Below are positions 50,609 to 63,589 of a DNA stretch of 64,000 nucleotides, piece after piece (positions within the stretch are counted from its first letter, which is position 1; each line of letters starts with the position of its first letter). Position numbers and translations under genes: made by a program. This stretch comes from Podarcis muralis (Eukaryota). The notes under the pieces were generated by a model that saw nothing but the letters and a program-made list of their open reading frames with translations, did not search any database and was not told the DNA's origin. The stretch spans positions 121,272,001 through 121,336,000 of the forward strand of contig NC_135656.1 in NCBI RefSeq assembly GCF_964188315.1, given 5' to 3'.

Positions 50609-53600
50609 GTGTGTATCGCACTGAGAGCGATACACATTAGAGACACTGCTGGCAGCAAAATTACTCTAATGAGAGCTCTGTACCGAGCCAGACTAAGTGA
50701 GGGTGAATGTGTTTCAACACACCTCCAAATAATGCATGATTTATTTTCACAGTTAAATGAACTTGGGGAACATTTTTCTGAACAGAGAAAGGTTTATATT
50801 GTGCTGTCTTCACTTCCTGAGTCATGGGACAATTTAGTGATGACTTTGGAGGCAATCCCAGAAAGCCAATTAACAATGCATTTCTTAACTGGGCGTTTGC
50901 TTGATGAGGAGGAAAGACGCCATGAGAGAAAGGCCACAACCCCTCACCGTAACTCCAGAAATGGGAGGCAGTCCAGTAAAAGATATGCAACTGATGGGGA
51001 GTGGCAGCCTAAAGACGCTGTTGACCAAACAAAGGAAGCAGCTTTCACAGTCAGGAGATGCTATCGTTGTGGGTCAACCAAGTATTTAGTACCTCAGTGC
51101 ACTGTGTCTGTGGGAGAAAACAAAAGAAAAGGGCGGCCTGCGTTTGCTGGGAAGCGAGGAGACAGGAAGAGTCGAGTCCAGTCTGCAGCAGTTCGAGGCA
51201 CCAGTCACGACGTTGGACAAGACTGGATTTTAGACTCAGCAGCGACAAACATTTTTGTTAAGTCTGCACAAACCCTTGTAGAAAAGCAGCCTTGTAAGTC
51301 TGTAAATGTAGTACTAGCTGATGGAACAGTGCATGAGTCAGCTGGAAAGGGTGGTGTGAATATCAACTGTTTAAGTACCAAGTTTACCAATGTTTTATGT
51401 GTACCAAGTTTAGAAAATAATTTGCTTTCAGTTACAAGTCTTGTTAAGCAGGGATTTAAGGTAACCTTCTCTGGTTCAGGCTGTAGAATAGAGAAAGCTG
51501 GAAAAGTGGTTACAGCGTCACTACAAAATGGTTTGTTTGTTTTGAAAGACCAGCTAGTAAATGAGTCTGGGGCATGTGTTAAAGCCTGTAATAGAGCCTT
51601 GCATGATGAGTGCCAGCATCTGTGGCATCGTCGTTTGGGGCATGCCAATTTCCGCAGTATTGCAAAAATGCCAGAATTAAGTAAGGGAATTAAAATGAAA
51701 AAATGCTCAGTTTTTCTGGACTGCATTACCTGCAAGGAGTCTAAAAGTAAGCGGGGGTCCTATCCTGAAAGTAATAGAATTAGCAAGAGGCCATTTGCTT
51801 TAGTACATTCAGACCTTTGTGGGCCATTTGCAGAGTCTGAAGGGGGAGCAAAGTTTTTGTTTTGTTTTGTTTTGTTCTTGTGGATGATTAGAGCCGATAT
51901 ACTTGGGTATACTTGTTAAAACACAAAAGTGAAACTGGTCAACTGATTAAAAATTGGGTCAACTATATAGAAAGGCAGTTTCCCTACAAAGTTACCCAGT
52001 TGCAGAGTGACCGTGGAGGCAAGTTCATGTCTGAAGACCTCCAGGTCTGGTTGAAAAAGCATGGTATTAGTCATGGTAAATCGTGTCCTTTTTCGCCTGA
52101 AGAAAATTCAGTTGCAGAACGCAAGATAAGGTCTTTGCAAACAATGCTAGATTCTATGCTATGTAATTCTGGCTTATCCAGGAAGTATTGGGGGGAAGGA
52201 ATTCTCTGTGCTAACTACATACAGAACAGATTGCTTCATTCTACCATAAACAATACCCCTCATTTTTTCCTTTATGGAAAAAAAAACCTTTTTAGACCAT
52301 GTTAAAACTTTTGGCTGCTGGGCTTGGGTTCACATCCCAAAAGGACAGAGAAGGAAAGGAGAACCCAAGGCAAAGAAACTTAGGTTTGTTGGCTATCAAA
52401 CTTGGTCAAAGGGGTATCGTTTTGCACTAGGGCATGGCAGAGTTGTGATATCAAGACATGCAGAGTTTTGTGAGCAAGATGGTTGGGCTCGTTTACATGG
52501 AAATTCAGAAGTTGTCTTATCTTCAGATGATACAGATAAATTTGTGAAATCTGAGGAAGAAAAGCCACAAATTCAAGAAAGTTCTGAAAGTGATAGTGAT
52601 GAGGACTCAGGGGATGAGGGTCCCAGTACACAATCTCCTAAAGCTGAACCAATTTCTCCTGAGCAAGATGAATCAGAAGGGGAAGATAGTTCAGAGGGGG
52701 AGAGTGTTCAAGTTAGAAGATCACAAAGAAGCAATAAATGAGTACCTCCAGAAAGGTTTACTATACAAGAAGTTAAAACTGTTGCTGTGAAGAAAGAACC
52801 TTGTGATTATGAGGAGGTTTTAAAGTTACCACACCAGGAAATAGTAAGGTGGAAAAATGCAATGAAAGCAGAAATGAAATCTTTAGCAGAACATAATGTG
52901 TTTACCTTTGATCCATTGCCAGAAGGAAAAAAGGCAGTGGGCTGTAGATGGGTGTATAAAATAAAACACTTGGCAGATGGTAGTGTTAAGTACAAAGCTA
53001 GGCTGGTAGCATGAGGCTTTACTCAAAAAAAAGGTGAAAGCTTTGATGAAACCTTTTCTCCTACTGCAAGGAGTGAAAGTGTATGTTTATTGCTAGCTCT
53101 TGCAGCACAACGTGGGTTTAAGGTAAACTATTTTGATATCTTAACGCAAATCTGCAAGAATAATTTTTTATGAATCAAGCGCCAGGTTTTGAGGCAGGCG
53201 AACAGAATTCTGTATATAGGCTAAACAAAGCAATTTATGGGCTCAAACAGACAGCCAGAAATTGGAACGAGTGTCTTGATAATGCTTTAAAAAATCTTGG
53301 CTTTAAAAGAAGCTTAGCTGATAACTGCTTGTACACTAAAGGAAAGGGTGATAAACAAGAATTATGTTTGTCTTATGTAGATGATTTGCTATTTTGTACA
53401 AAAAATGACAAGCAAGTGGAAAAGTTTGCAGAACAACTAAGAAAGGAATTTAAAGTAAGAGATTTGGGTCCAGTAAAAATTTATCTCGGTCTAGAAATTC
53501 AAAGAACAAACGATGGAAGTTTTTTGTTGAGTCAAAAAGATAAAATAATGGAGTTACTTGAAAGAAACAATATGCAAAACTGCAAGGGAGTAAAAACCCC

Positions 53601-54632
53601 AATGGAAATAGGTTTTTTCAAGAATGAAGGAGAATGCACAGAACCTGAAAATCCTGAAATGTACCATTCAATAGTTGGAAGTTTACTATACATTTCATTG
53701 TGGAGCAGACCAGATTTGAGTTATGCAGTTGGAATACTGAGCAGACTGGTAAGCTGTCCCACAGAAAATGCCTGGAAAGGTTTAAAACGTATTTTAAACG
53801 TATTTAAAACAAACACTTGATTATTGTTTAAGACTACCATCTTCAGGGTCTACAAAACTGCAGTGTTACATTGGCAGTGAGTGGGCCAACTTGCCTGATA
53901 GAAAATCAATTTCTGGAATGGTATTTCAATTTGGGGATTCCTTGATATGTTGGAAGTCCAAAAGGCAAGGTATCGTGGCCACATCTTCAACAGAGGCTGA
54001 ATACTGTGCTTTATCAGAGTTGTGTAATGAAATAAAATTTTATGTTCAGATCCTCAAGGATTTAGATATACAATGTGATTATCCAGTTCAAATATGGGAA
54101 GACAATCAAGCTGTAATAACTTTGGCTGGGTCTGAGCAGTTTAAAAACAAATCCAAACATTTAGAAATTAAATATCAAAATGTGGCTGAAAATGTGAAGC
54201 AAAACATGATAATGCTGAAATATTGTGAGAGCATGCAAAATGTGGCTGATATATTTACGAAAGCACTAACTTTTGAGAAACATGCACAACTAGTGACAAA
54301 ATTAGGAATTGTTGTGCGTGATGTGTAAATATGTTCTGTATATGTTTAAAGTACTGTTTCTGTTTCTGTTTGAATGAGAGGGGGTGTTGGGAGACATTCT
54401 GCACAGAAACATGTGTGTGTGCCTTTAAGAAGTTTCTGGGTTAATTGGCTGCAGCTGGCTGTGGCTACAAAAGGAAAAAGCTGTGTTTTGTGCCCTGCCT
54501 GCAGGAATAACACCCACCAGAGTTTCTGTTTGTTGTTTTGTAATAAAGTCTTCGTTTTAGTTTGGTTTTAAACCTATGTCTCCTGGAGTCACTATCTGTC
54601 CTCTGCCACCAGTTGAAAATCCCCCTCCAATA
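50609..54632 (+). mobile_element. Decayed Ty1/copia LTR retrotransposon lacking its 5' LTR, PBS and gag start
   Basis: Domain order gag (CYRCGSTKYLVPQC), protease (WILDSAA), integrase (LWHRRLGH, VHSDLCGP, QSDRGG), RT (KAIYGLKQ, YVDDL), RNase H (RKSISG, STEAEY, EDNQ, ADIFTK). Integrase before RT indicates copia. Several stops and frameshifts. PPT GAATGAGAGGGGG at 54372-54384. Confidence 0.93.
54385..54632 (+). repeat. 3' LTR of the copia element
   Basis: Starts TGTTGG directly after the PPT, contains AATAAA (about 54542-54547) and ends CCAATA (degenerate CCAACA). Confidence 0.8.
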
Positions 54633-54930
54633 TAGTCCAGCATGCTGTTCTCACATTGGCCAAGTAAACACATATGGGAACCCCACAATCAGGGGTCTTA
54701 GCCAGCCCTAAAGAACTCACTCCTGGATTCAAGCTTCATAGGGTCTTAGATATCAGCACCAGAAACCATCTGGTGATTTTGGTGAGCAGTCTTCACAGTG
54801 AGGTTTTTGTTTTTTTAAAGAGCATTTTCACTGCATTTTTTTCTATGTGTGTAGATTTCGCCTATGGATTCTTTTCAGTTTTGATGTTTGATGTCCCGCA
54901 CAACAGTTATAAAAGCTACACACTTGTCAT

Positions 54931-55174
54931 GCCAGCCTAGCAGTTCGAAAGCACGTCAAAGTGCAAGTAGATAAATAGGTACTGCTCCGGTGGGAAGGTA
55001 AAGGGCGTTTCCATGCATTGCTCTGGTTCGCCAGAAGCGGCTTAGTCATGCTGGCCACATGACCCGGAAGCTGTACGCCGGCTCCCTCGGCCAGTAAAGC
55101 GAGATGAGCGCCACAACCCCAGAGTTGGCCACGACTGGACTTAGTGGTCAGGGGTCCCTTTACCTTTACCTTTT
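54931..55174 (+). mobile_element. 5'-truncated Sauria SINE
   Basis: CTAGCAGTTCGAAAGCAC..GTGCAAGTAGATAAATAGGTAC..GGGGTCCCTTTACCTTTACC tail. Confidence 0.9.
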
Positions 55175-55691
55175 AAGCTCCACTAGCCTCCAGTCTTGGT
55201 TGAAGTGTCTGTGTTTATTGCTGGAGCCTGAATGAAGTGTCTGGGTGGCTGGTGTTAATCTTTGATTTATATGGAGATTTGAAATGTTTTTGTCCCATTG
55301 ATACACTTTAAACCAAACTATTCCACCTTTTATACACGCCAGCATTTATTGTATTTCTTCTTCACTTTCTTTTTGCAATTTATTTTATTTCTTTTTTCTA
55401 AAGATCAGTTAATAGCTGTGTGCTGGGAATCCGTTTCTATGAACCTGCACAATTTGATGCTGAGCCAAGAAGGCATCTCTCAACTCCATAACAAAGATCT
55501 ATTTTCCTGCAGTACCCTATGCCTTGTTAGCCAGAATTCGCATTAAGTTCAATGGGACACACAGAACCTGGACTTATTTACCTGGGAGTAAGTCCCATGG
55601 GGCCATATGCCTCAATGAAACAGTTCCTAAATCTTAATGATTTCACTGTGTGTTGGTTTCAGTGGGGATCAGAGGCTTGCATGTCTCTGAA

Positions 55692-56350
55692 CAGGGCTGG
55701 ATTTAGGTTTGATGAGGCCCCAAGCAACTGAAGGTAATGGGGCCCTTTATATGTCCAGCTGTCCTTTGTCAACAACAAAATGTCACTGGTTTTTGTGTTG
55801 AATATAGGCTATACTGTAATTTATGGACCTAATAGGTCCATGCACAACACAAAACACTGTTGCTGTGTGTTTATATTATTTGTTTTTTATCCTATATTTT
55901 GGAAATGTACATGCAGTTTTTTTTCCCTTTAACCTTTTTTGTGGCCCCCTAAGAGAGTGGGCCCTAAGCTATAGCTTGTTTAGCTTATACGTAAATCTGG
56001 CACTATCCTCAGCGCCTAGGGCTTGCCGATCGAAAGGTTGGCGGTTCGAATCCCCGCGGTGGGGTGCGCTCCCGTTGCTCGGTCCCAGCGCCTGCCAACC
56101 TAGCAGTTTGAAAGCACCCCCAGGTGCAAGTAGATAAATAGGGACCGCTTATTGGCGGGAAGGTAAACGGCGTTTCCGTGCGCTGCGCTGGCTCGCCAGA
56201 TGCAGCTTTGTCACGCTGGCCACGTGTCCCGGAAGTGTCTCTGGACAGCGCTGGCCCCCGGCCTCTTGAGTGAGATGGGCGCACAACCCCAGAGTCTGTC
56301 AAGACTGGCCCGTACGGGCAGGGGTACCTTTACCTTTAAATCTGGCACTG
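55692..56350. mobile_element. hAT-type MITE (B3 copy) carrying a nested SINE
   Basis: Perfect 8-bp TSD TCTCTGAA at 55684-55691 and 56351-56358. Confidence 0.8.
56005..56336 (+). mobile_element. Young Sauria SINE inserted into the MITE terminal repeat
   Basis: 13-bp TSD TAAATCTGGCACT at 55992-56004 and 56337-56349. CpG-rich. The site is empty in B1 and B2. Confidence 0.92.
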
Positions 56351-56929
56351 TCTCTGAAGACCATTTGTTGCAGAACAAGACCACCAAAGGGCTCTTATCC
56401 CCATGCCCTGCTTGTGAGCTTCCCAAAGGTGTATGATCAGACACTGCAATATATGGGATGCTGGACTAGATGGGACTTCGTCTCATCTGGCTGCAGAGCT
56501 TTCCTAATGCTGTTGAGGCCAAACTTGCACACACACACACACATCAAACTTTGGCAGAGCACCTGTGATTTCTTATAAACATGGATTTTCCCCGCTCTGC
56601 ACCTGCCACCCAAACTTCACAATGACTAAAGTTTGTTGCAGTGTCAAATTTATTCTCCTTATAATTATCAAAATCATACCTATTTATTCCTGCCAAGATC
56701 AAGATATATTTCTGGAGGTTGCCTAGACAACGCAATCAAGGGCAGCGTGAGGTTATATCTAGCTCTGTGCCTGGGGAGAAAGGTTGATGCAGAGAATAGC
56801 ATATATGTCAGAGACAGTCTGAATGAACAGCTGAGGCAAGCCTGAATGTTGCTTTCCTCTTGCAAGTGTTTTTGACTTCTGATTACCTGGCTGGGCAGGA
56901 GAAAGGAGCAGCCACAAGAGAAGTGTAGG

Positions 56930-57277
56930 TAAAGGTAAAGCGACCCCTGACCATTAGGTCCAGTCACGAACAACTCTGGGGTTGCGGTGCTGATCTCGCT
57001 TTATTTGCCGAGGGACCCGGCATACAGCTTCCAGGTCATGTGGCCAGCATGACTAAGCCGCTTCTGGTGAACCAGAGCAGTGCATGGAAATGCCATTTAC
57101 CTTCCTGCTGGAGCGGTACCTATTTATCTACTTGCACTTTGAGGTGCTTTCGAACTGCAAGGTTGGCAGGAGCAGGGACCGAGCAACGGGAGCTCACCCG
57201 ATCTTGGGGATTGAAACCACTGACCTTTTGATCAGCAAGCCCTAGGCTCTGTGGTTTAACCCACAGCGCCACCCGCA
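56930..57277 (-). mobile_element. Sauria SINE immediately upstream of B3 start codon
   Basis: Same site and TSD TGTAGG as in B1 and B2. It retains an internal segment (CAGCTTCCAGGTCATGTGG region) missing from the B1 and B2 copies. Confidence 0.9.
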
Positions 57278-59010
57278 TGTAGGAGGTACAGGCAAAATGA
57301 TTTCCCTCCTGCTTTTCCTGCTAATGACACATGGAGACTGCGAAAATCAAGGAAAAGAATGTCCCTTGAATCTGATCTGGGAAGAAAGTCGAACACAGAA
57401 TTACTACCGGCCCGGGGACTTCATAATTGCTGGGATCATATCTCCAAGTATGTTGACTCTAGAAGACCCATACATTTTTTCCCAGATTCCCTCAAAGAGG
57501 CTTGGATGGTAAGTAATTAGATGCCACTGGGTGTCATGCTTCTCCAACACCACTCCAACAGTTTCTACTTAATTCAAAATAAGAAAGGCAATTTTCCACT
57601 TTGAAGGCTGTGTGTTTTCTTTCTTTCTTTGCAATTGAATTTGCAATCTCATAGTTTTTATTTTTAAGTGGTAAATAGATTTACACCTTGTAACTAGATG
57701 ATCCTCACAGGAAGAGCGGTATATAAATTTAGTATATTAATAATAATAAAAATATATTCCTTATCTCAGCCCAAACTGCAAACATACATATCATTGTTTG
57801 GGGATGAGCTACTTTGAGATTGTCTAAAAATAACATTTGCTTTCTTTACATGGTGAATAGGTTTCTGACATTGTTAATTTGATGTTTCATTGCAGTTTTT
57901 CACCTAGGTTCTACTGGCACATCTTGGCCTTCTTGTTCTCCGTTCAGAAGATCAACCTGAATTTCAGCTTCTTACCCAACATCTCCTTGGGCTACAACCT
58001 CTTTGAGAACTTTTTGGATGCAAGGATGACTTCTGTTGCCATGCTAGACCTGCTTGCAGGGGGGCAAAGCAATACTCCAAACTATAACTGTGGAGAATGG
58101 AATAACCTGCTGTCTGTTCTTGAAGGGTGCAATTCTGCCATCTCGAAAGAGATTTCAGCCATGTCTGACATCTACAAAATCCCACAGGTATGAAGGATAG
58201 GGACAAGAAGGGTCTGAGGAGAACCTCAGCTGCATAAATTCCACTTTCTGTCCAGGAGAGTCAATAAGGGAAATGAAAAAGTGAGAAAATCTTTGGTGAT
58301 AGTAGATCTTTCTTTCAGCATCCACCAACCTGGCACTCTCCAAATGTTTCAGACTAAAACTCCAATCAACGCCAGCCAACACTCCCCCCCCCCCCGATAA
58401 TAAGAGATAATAAGTAATAACAGACAATAAATACAGTATGTATTCCTTTTCCTGAAAATCAAACAAATCACTAATCTCTTCCTTTCCTCACTAGATCAGT
58501 TATGGCATTATGACTCAGACACTGAATGAGAAAACTGAAGTCCCCTTTGTCTACCAAATGGTCCCCAAGGGGGAAAGTCAGTATTGGGGGATTGTGAAGT
58601 TGCTCCTGAATTTTGGGTGGACGTGGACTGGCCTCTTGGTTTCAGACAATGATAATGGAGAAAGGTTCTTGAGTGGCTTGACACCTCTGATGATCAACCA
58701 TGGAATTTGCATTGCCTTATTAAAAAGAATACCAGAACATAACGTAGATCCATATCTCATCCCAAGTGAACCATTTACCATATGGGACCAAGTCAAAATA
58801 TTTGTTTACTATAAAAGCAGTCAAGGGGCATGGACTGAACTCATGATAATACAACAATTTCTTGAGAAACAAATCGGGGGGAAAGTCTGGATCTCAACAC
58901 ATCTTCAAGATGTTAATTTTAATTTGAATATAGATCCTCATCTCTTCCAGTACATCCATGGATCTTTCTCCTTCATAATGAAGCCCCAACTAAGGAACAA
59001 ATACCAATCC

Positions 59011-60930
59011 AACAAAGGTTTTGACCAAAAATTTGACATCTACAGAAACAGAGGGGTTCCAGAGAGAAACAGAACTAAATGTGGTGAAAAAAGTGAAATA
59101 CCTAGGGATTCATTTGTCTTCCAAAAACTTGAATTTATTTAAAGATAATTATGAAAAATGTTGGTTGGAAATTAAAAAGGACTTAGAAATTTGGTCAAGA
59201 TTGAAACTTTCCTTGTTGGGTAGAATCGCAGCTATAAAAATGAATGTATTGCCGAAAATGTTATTTTTGTTCCAAACCCTACAGATCGTGGACAGAGTGG
59301 AATGTTTTGGAAAATGGCAGAAGGACATATCTAAGTTTGTCTGGCAGGGCAAAAAGCCTCGAATAAAGTTCAAAATATTAACTGACTCGAAAGAAAGAGG
59401 AGGGTTTGCCCTGCCGGACTTGAGGTTATACTACGAAGCTGCAGCCTTCTGCTGGTTGAAGGATTGGTTTTTGTTGGAAAACACTGATGTCCTAGATCTG
59501 GAAGGTTTTGATAATGCTTTTGGTTGGCATGCATATTTGTGGTATGACAAGGTCAAAGTTCATAAACTGTTCAAAAACCATATTGTCAGAAAAGCAATTT
59601 TTGCAGTCTGGATGAAATATAAAGACTTATTAGAAAGTAAAACCCCGAGGTGGCTATCACCGATGGAGGCCAAGGCCCGAAAAAGGCCCAATATGGAGGC
59701 TCATTGGCCGAAGTATTGGGAAATAATTGAAAAAACTGGAGACAATTGGAAGTTGCAGAGCCAGGACAAATTAAAAAATAAGGTGCGAGACTGGCTACAC
59801 TATGCTCAAATTCAAGAGGTTTTTAAAATGGATAAAAAAGTTGGGTTCCAAGTGGAAAAATCGAATTTGGAGATAGAATTGTTAGAACCAAAAACTAAGA
59901 TATTATCAAGAATGTATAACTTGCTGCTTAAATGGAACACACAGGATGAGACAGTTAAATCTGCTATGATAAAATGGGCACAGGATGTTGGACACAACAT
60001 TATGTTTGAAGACTGGGAAAAGTTATGGAACACCGGAACAAAATTCACGGCATGTACTGCCCTGAAAGAAAACATTATGAAAATGGTATACCGGTGGTAC
60101 ATGACCCCAGTCAAACTTGCTAAGATATATCACCTGTCAGATAACAAATGTTGGAAATGTAAGGAAGCAGAAGGTACTTTTTTTCATCTCTGGTGGACCT
60201 GCCCAAAAGTGAAGGCTTTCTGGGAAATGATTTATAATGAATTGAAAAAGGTATTTAGGTATACCTTTCCCAAGAATCCAGAGGCCTTCCTGCTGGGCAT
60301 GGTGGACCAGAAAGTGCATAAGAAAGACAGAACGTTTTTTATGTATGCTACTACAGCAGCAAGAATTCTCATCGCTAAGAACTGGAAGACACAAGATTTA
60401 CCCACTTTGGAAGAATGGCAGACGCAGTTGATGGACTACATGGAATTAGCTGAAATGACCGGCAGAATCCGAGATTTGGATGAAGAATCGGTTGAGGCGG
60501 ATTGGAAAAAACTTAAAGACTATTTGCAAAAACATTACAAATTGTATGAATCTTAAGATTGTGCATGTTATTGGAAATGTTATGCTTTAGCAAATATGAT
60601 TAAGCAAATGGCAAAATAAGTGATAAAAGAGGGGGGGAAAAAGACAAAGTGAACCAAACATATTATATTTATTTTTAAGGTAACAAATTTGAGATACAAT
60701 GTATTGAATACGGGTACATAATAATTGAAAGTTGTAACAAGGTTTGAAATAAGGTAACAAATTGCTGATATTGTCATTACAAAGAATGCAGATCTGGAAG
60801 GTGTGGGGAAGTACAATGTTGTTGTTTTTTGTAAAAAATTCAAAAATTGTTTCTTGTATTTGATTTATTCTGTATGGTTTGGAATCTACAAAATTATGAA
60901 AAGGAACGCAATAAAAATATTAAAAAAAAA
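59011..60930 (+). mobile_element. 5'-truncated L1 (second subfamily) inserted in B3 exon 3
   Basis: 19-bp TSD AAGGAACAAATACCAATCC at 58992-59010 and 60931-60949. Open ORF2 C-terminal frame 59021-60556 (511 aa; KYLGI, CWKC..G.FFHLWWTCP). AATAAA plus poly-A. Confidence 0.96.
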
Positions 60931-62234
60931 AAGGAACAAATACCAATCCTATGTGCCAGTTTCCAAACTTCTTGAACAGTTTTGGGATAAAGCATTCCAT
61001 TGTTTATATAGAAAGAACACATTGGCTGTAAAAGGTCAGACAAGATGCACAGAGAATGAGAAACTGGAGTTGCTGCCTGAAGAGGAGCTGGAGAGAGCCC
61101 TGTCTCAAGACAGCTACATCACTTACTTAAGTGTCCAAGCTGTGGCTCAGGCTTTGAATGCTGCCTATTCATCCAGATCAAAGGTCATGCTGATGGCAAG
61201 TGGAGGAGACAGGCTGGAACGTCAAAGGCTACAGCCATGGCAGGTAATTCCTTTTCCTTGTTGCAAATTGCAACTCATTTTCCCACCACTGGATTCAGAT
61301 TTAGGACTGAGATTTTTATTTCTTTTTCTCCTTTTGGTGGAAAATCTCATGAGTGAGTCTTGTGGCAGAAGCAGACCTTTCTGCCTATTCTGGTTATGTC
61401 AGAATAGTCCCCCACCATCTCGTTCTTCCTCTCTGGCACCCTGAGAGAGATGCAGCCATCATAGCAGAAGTTGGTTCCTTCTCATCTTCCACTGTGTCTC
61501 TGCTGGGACTTGAAGCTGCCCATCAACTGTAGAACAAAAGGAATTTTTAATTCTATATTAATATCTAAACTTTTACATTATAAAATTGGCCATTGTCGAA
61601 AAATTGCAGGGTGGTTTAACGACTTGGATAGTATGATAGACACTGTAAAAGTACAGAAAGAACATGAAAAGCAAAGAGTTTCTCAGTTTGCTGGAAAAGC
61701 TGTTGAAATAAACATATTTTTAAAAAAGGATAATAGAAGACGATGTCCTCCTTTGTGGCATTGTGCAAGTTCTACACAGAGCAGCTACACTTTGAACAGA
61801 AAGGAGAAGTCTTCAATTTGCAGGCTTCCACATTATCTAGAGTCCTGAGGAACCAAGGTTTCAACCTCATGGGAGTATGAATGTGCAAATTCCGCCTACT
61901 TTCAGACAATTTTACCAGGTAGGAGGACTACTCTGAACAGCCACACATCCCACACATATGCTCTTGGCTGTGAGCAGACCTGTGCACTCCATCTTGACAA
62001 ATAACCTTCTCTAGTGATCCAGTGAGCAGCTGAGGAAATGGTGTTCTGTTCATAAGGGTATAACTGTGCACTAGGAGTGCCAACTTGGCCCCCGTGCCTG
62101 GGCCTGTAGGTGTCATGCAGCGTGCATGGCTCTGGCACCAAAATTTGTGGATGCCCGACCCCTCCATGGGGAATTTGGTCGGTGCTCGGGCACACGGGGC
62201 CCCAGGGAGGTGGCATCTACGCTGTGCACTCATC

Positions 62235-62651
62235 TGTTGGGTTTCTATTCCTCTCACTGTGCAGATATTGTGCAGATATATGTGTTCATCACATGTCTGT
62301 GTTATGCACTCCAGGACCGACTGCTGGAATCCAGGGAGTGGATGTGCACTTCACTCTCTTCCGTTTGCTTTCCTTCCACTTCTGACTTCTCTCCAAGGAA
62401 GATGAGGGAAAGGAGACATGTTTTCTTTTGTTCTGACTTATAAATGTAGCTTAGTGCTTACAAACCCCAGCCTAGTTCTGACTATGCTTTATCTCTGCTG
62501 GATGTGTGCTCGGTGTCTTCAAGACACGAGTCCCTATAAATCTTTGGGGAAGAGGTTCGGAACTCCCTAGCTGCAGGCTGATGGGAGAGACAGGCTGGAA
62601 ACGTTCCTGTCGTATGGCTGGGGGTTGTCTTAGCCCCCAGCCAACCCAATA
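62235..62651. mobile_element. Probable solo LTR in B3 intron 3
   Basis: Termini TGTTGGG...CCCAATA, 5-bp near-TSD TCATC/CCATC (62230-62234, 62652-62656). Absent from B1 and B2. Confidence 0.55.
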
Positions 62652-63589
62652 CCATCTGTATGGTAGGCCTGTAGGTGTCATGCAGCGTGCATGGCTCTGG
62701 CACCAAAATTTGTGGATGCCCGACCCCTTCATGGGGAATTTTGTAGGTGCTTGGGCAACCAGGGCCCCATGGAGTTGGCATCTATGCTGTGCACTGATTT
62801 GTGGGAGCATCTATGTTTAAAAAGTTTGGTATTTGTACAATTTCAATTTTTTAAGAAGTATTTTTATTGTCTTTTGTATTTCTCTTATTCCCGGGAAACC
62901 TTGTTATTTTATACAATGAGTTGCCTACAAATGTTCTAATAAAGAAAAAGGAATGGCTGCAAAAGGCTCACGAGTCCAGATGAAATGTGCACAGACCCCA
63001 ATTCCTAGGAGATTAGAGCTCAAAGTGTAGAGGTCTGATATTCAACTTTTCTATTTTATAAATGCTGGTGTTTTTTAACTGCTCTTCCAGCTCCACCCTT
63101 TCTTAAGAGGAATCCAGTTTTTGAATACTTCCATGGGCAGCCTCAGATTGGATGAGAATGGGCAGATACCAGCCTACTATGACATTGAGAACTGGGTGAT
63201 GTTTCCCAATAAGTCTCGTATAAGAGTGCCGGTTGGGAGTATAGGGAGAGACGGATCCACTGACATGAAGTTCACAATCAATTCACAAGCCATTGTGTGG
63301 CCCAAGTGGTCTGAGAAGGTATGGCATACTACTTTATCCCACATGACATCTGTAAAGCTCTAATCACTTACTGAATAATTCCAGGGGCACTTTGACTAGA
63401 GCCCTTTGCACACCTGCTGGGGAGTAAGGGCTCATTGAGACTTCCATTTGTGCCACAATGCGACTTACAGGTCCTGATCTGTTTTTTGGTGTGTTTTTCT
63501 CCCATCACTTTCCTGTGGAAACCTGATTGGCATTTGCTTTGATTCAGTGGTAAAATGTGGGTGTTCTCACGGAAAGTACTGAGACAGAA

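Larger units (their letters stand above)
57297..63318 (+). pseudogene. Vomeronasal type-2 receptor paralog B3, exon 3 split by an L1 insertion; exons 5-6 beyond window
   Basis: Exons 57297-57508, 57896-58187, 58495-59010 plus 60950-61243 (516+294 = 810 nt, as in B1 and B2), 63091-63318. Read-through into L1 stops at 59142. No other lesion was seen in exons 1-4. Confidence 0.9.
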
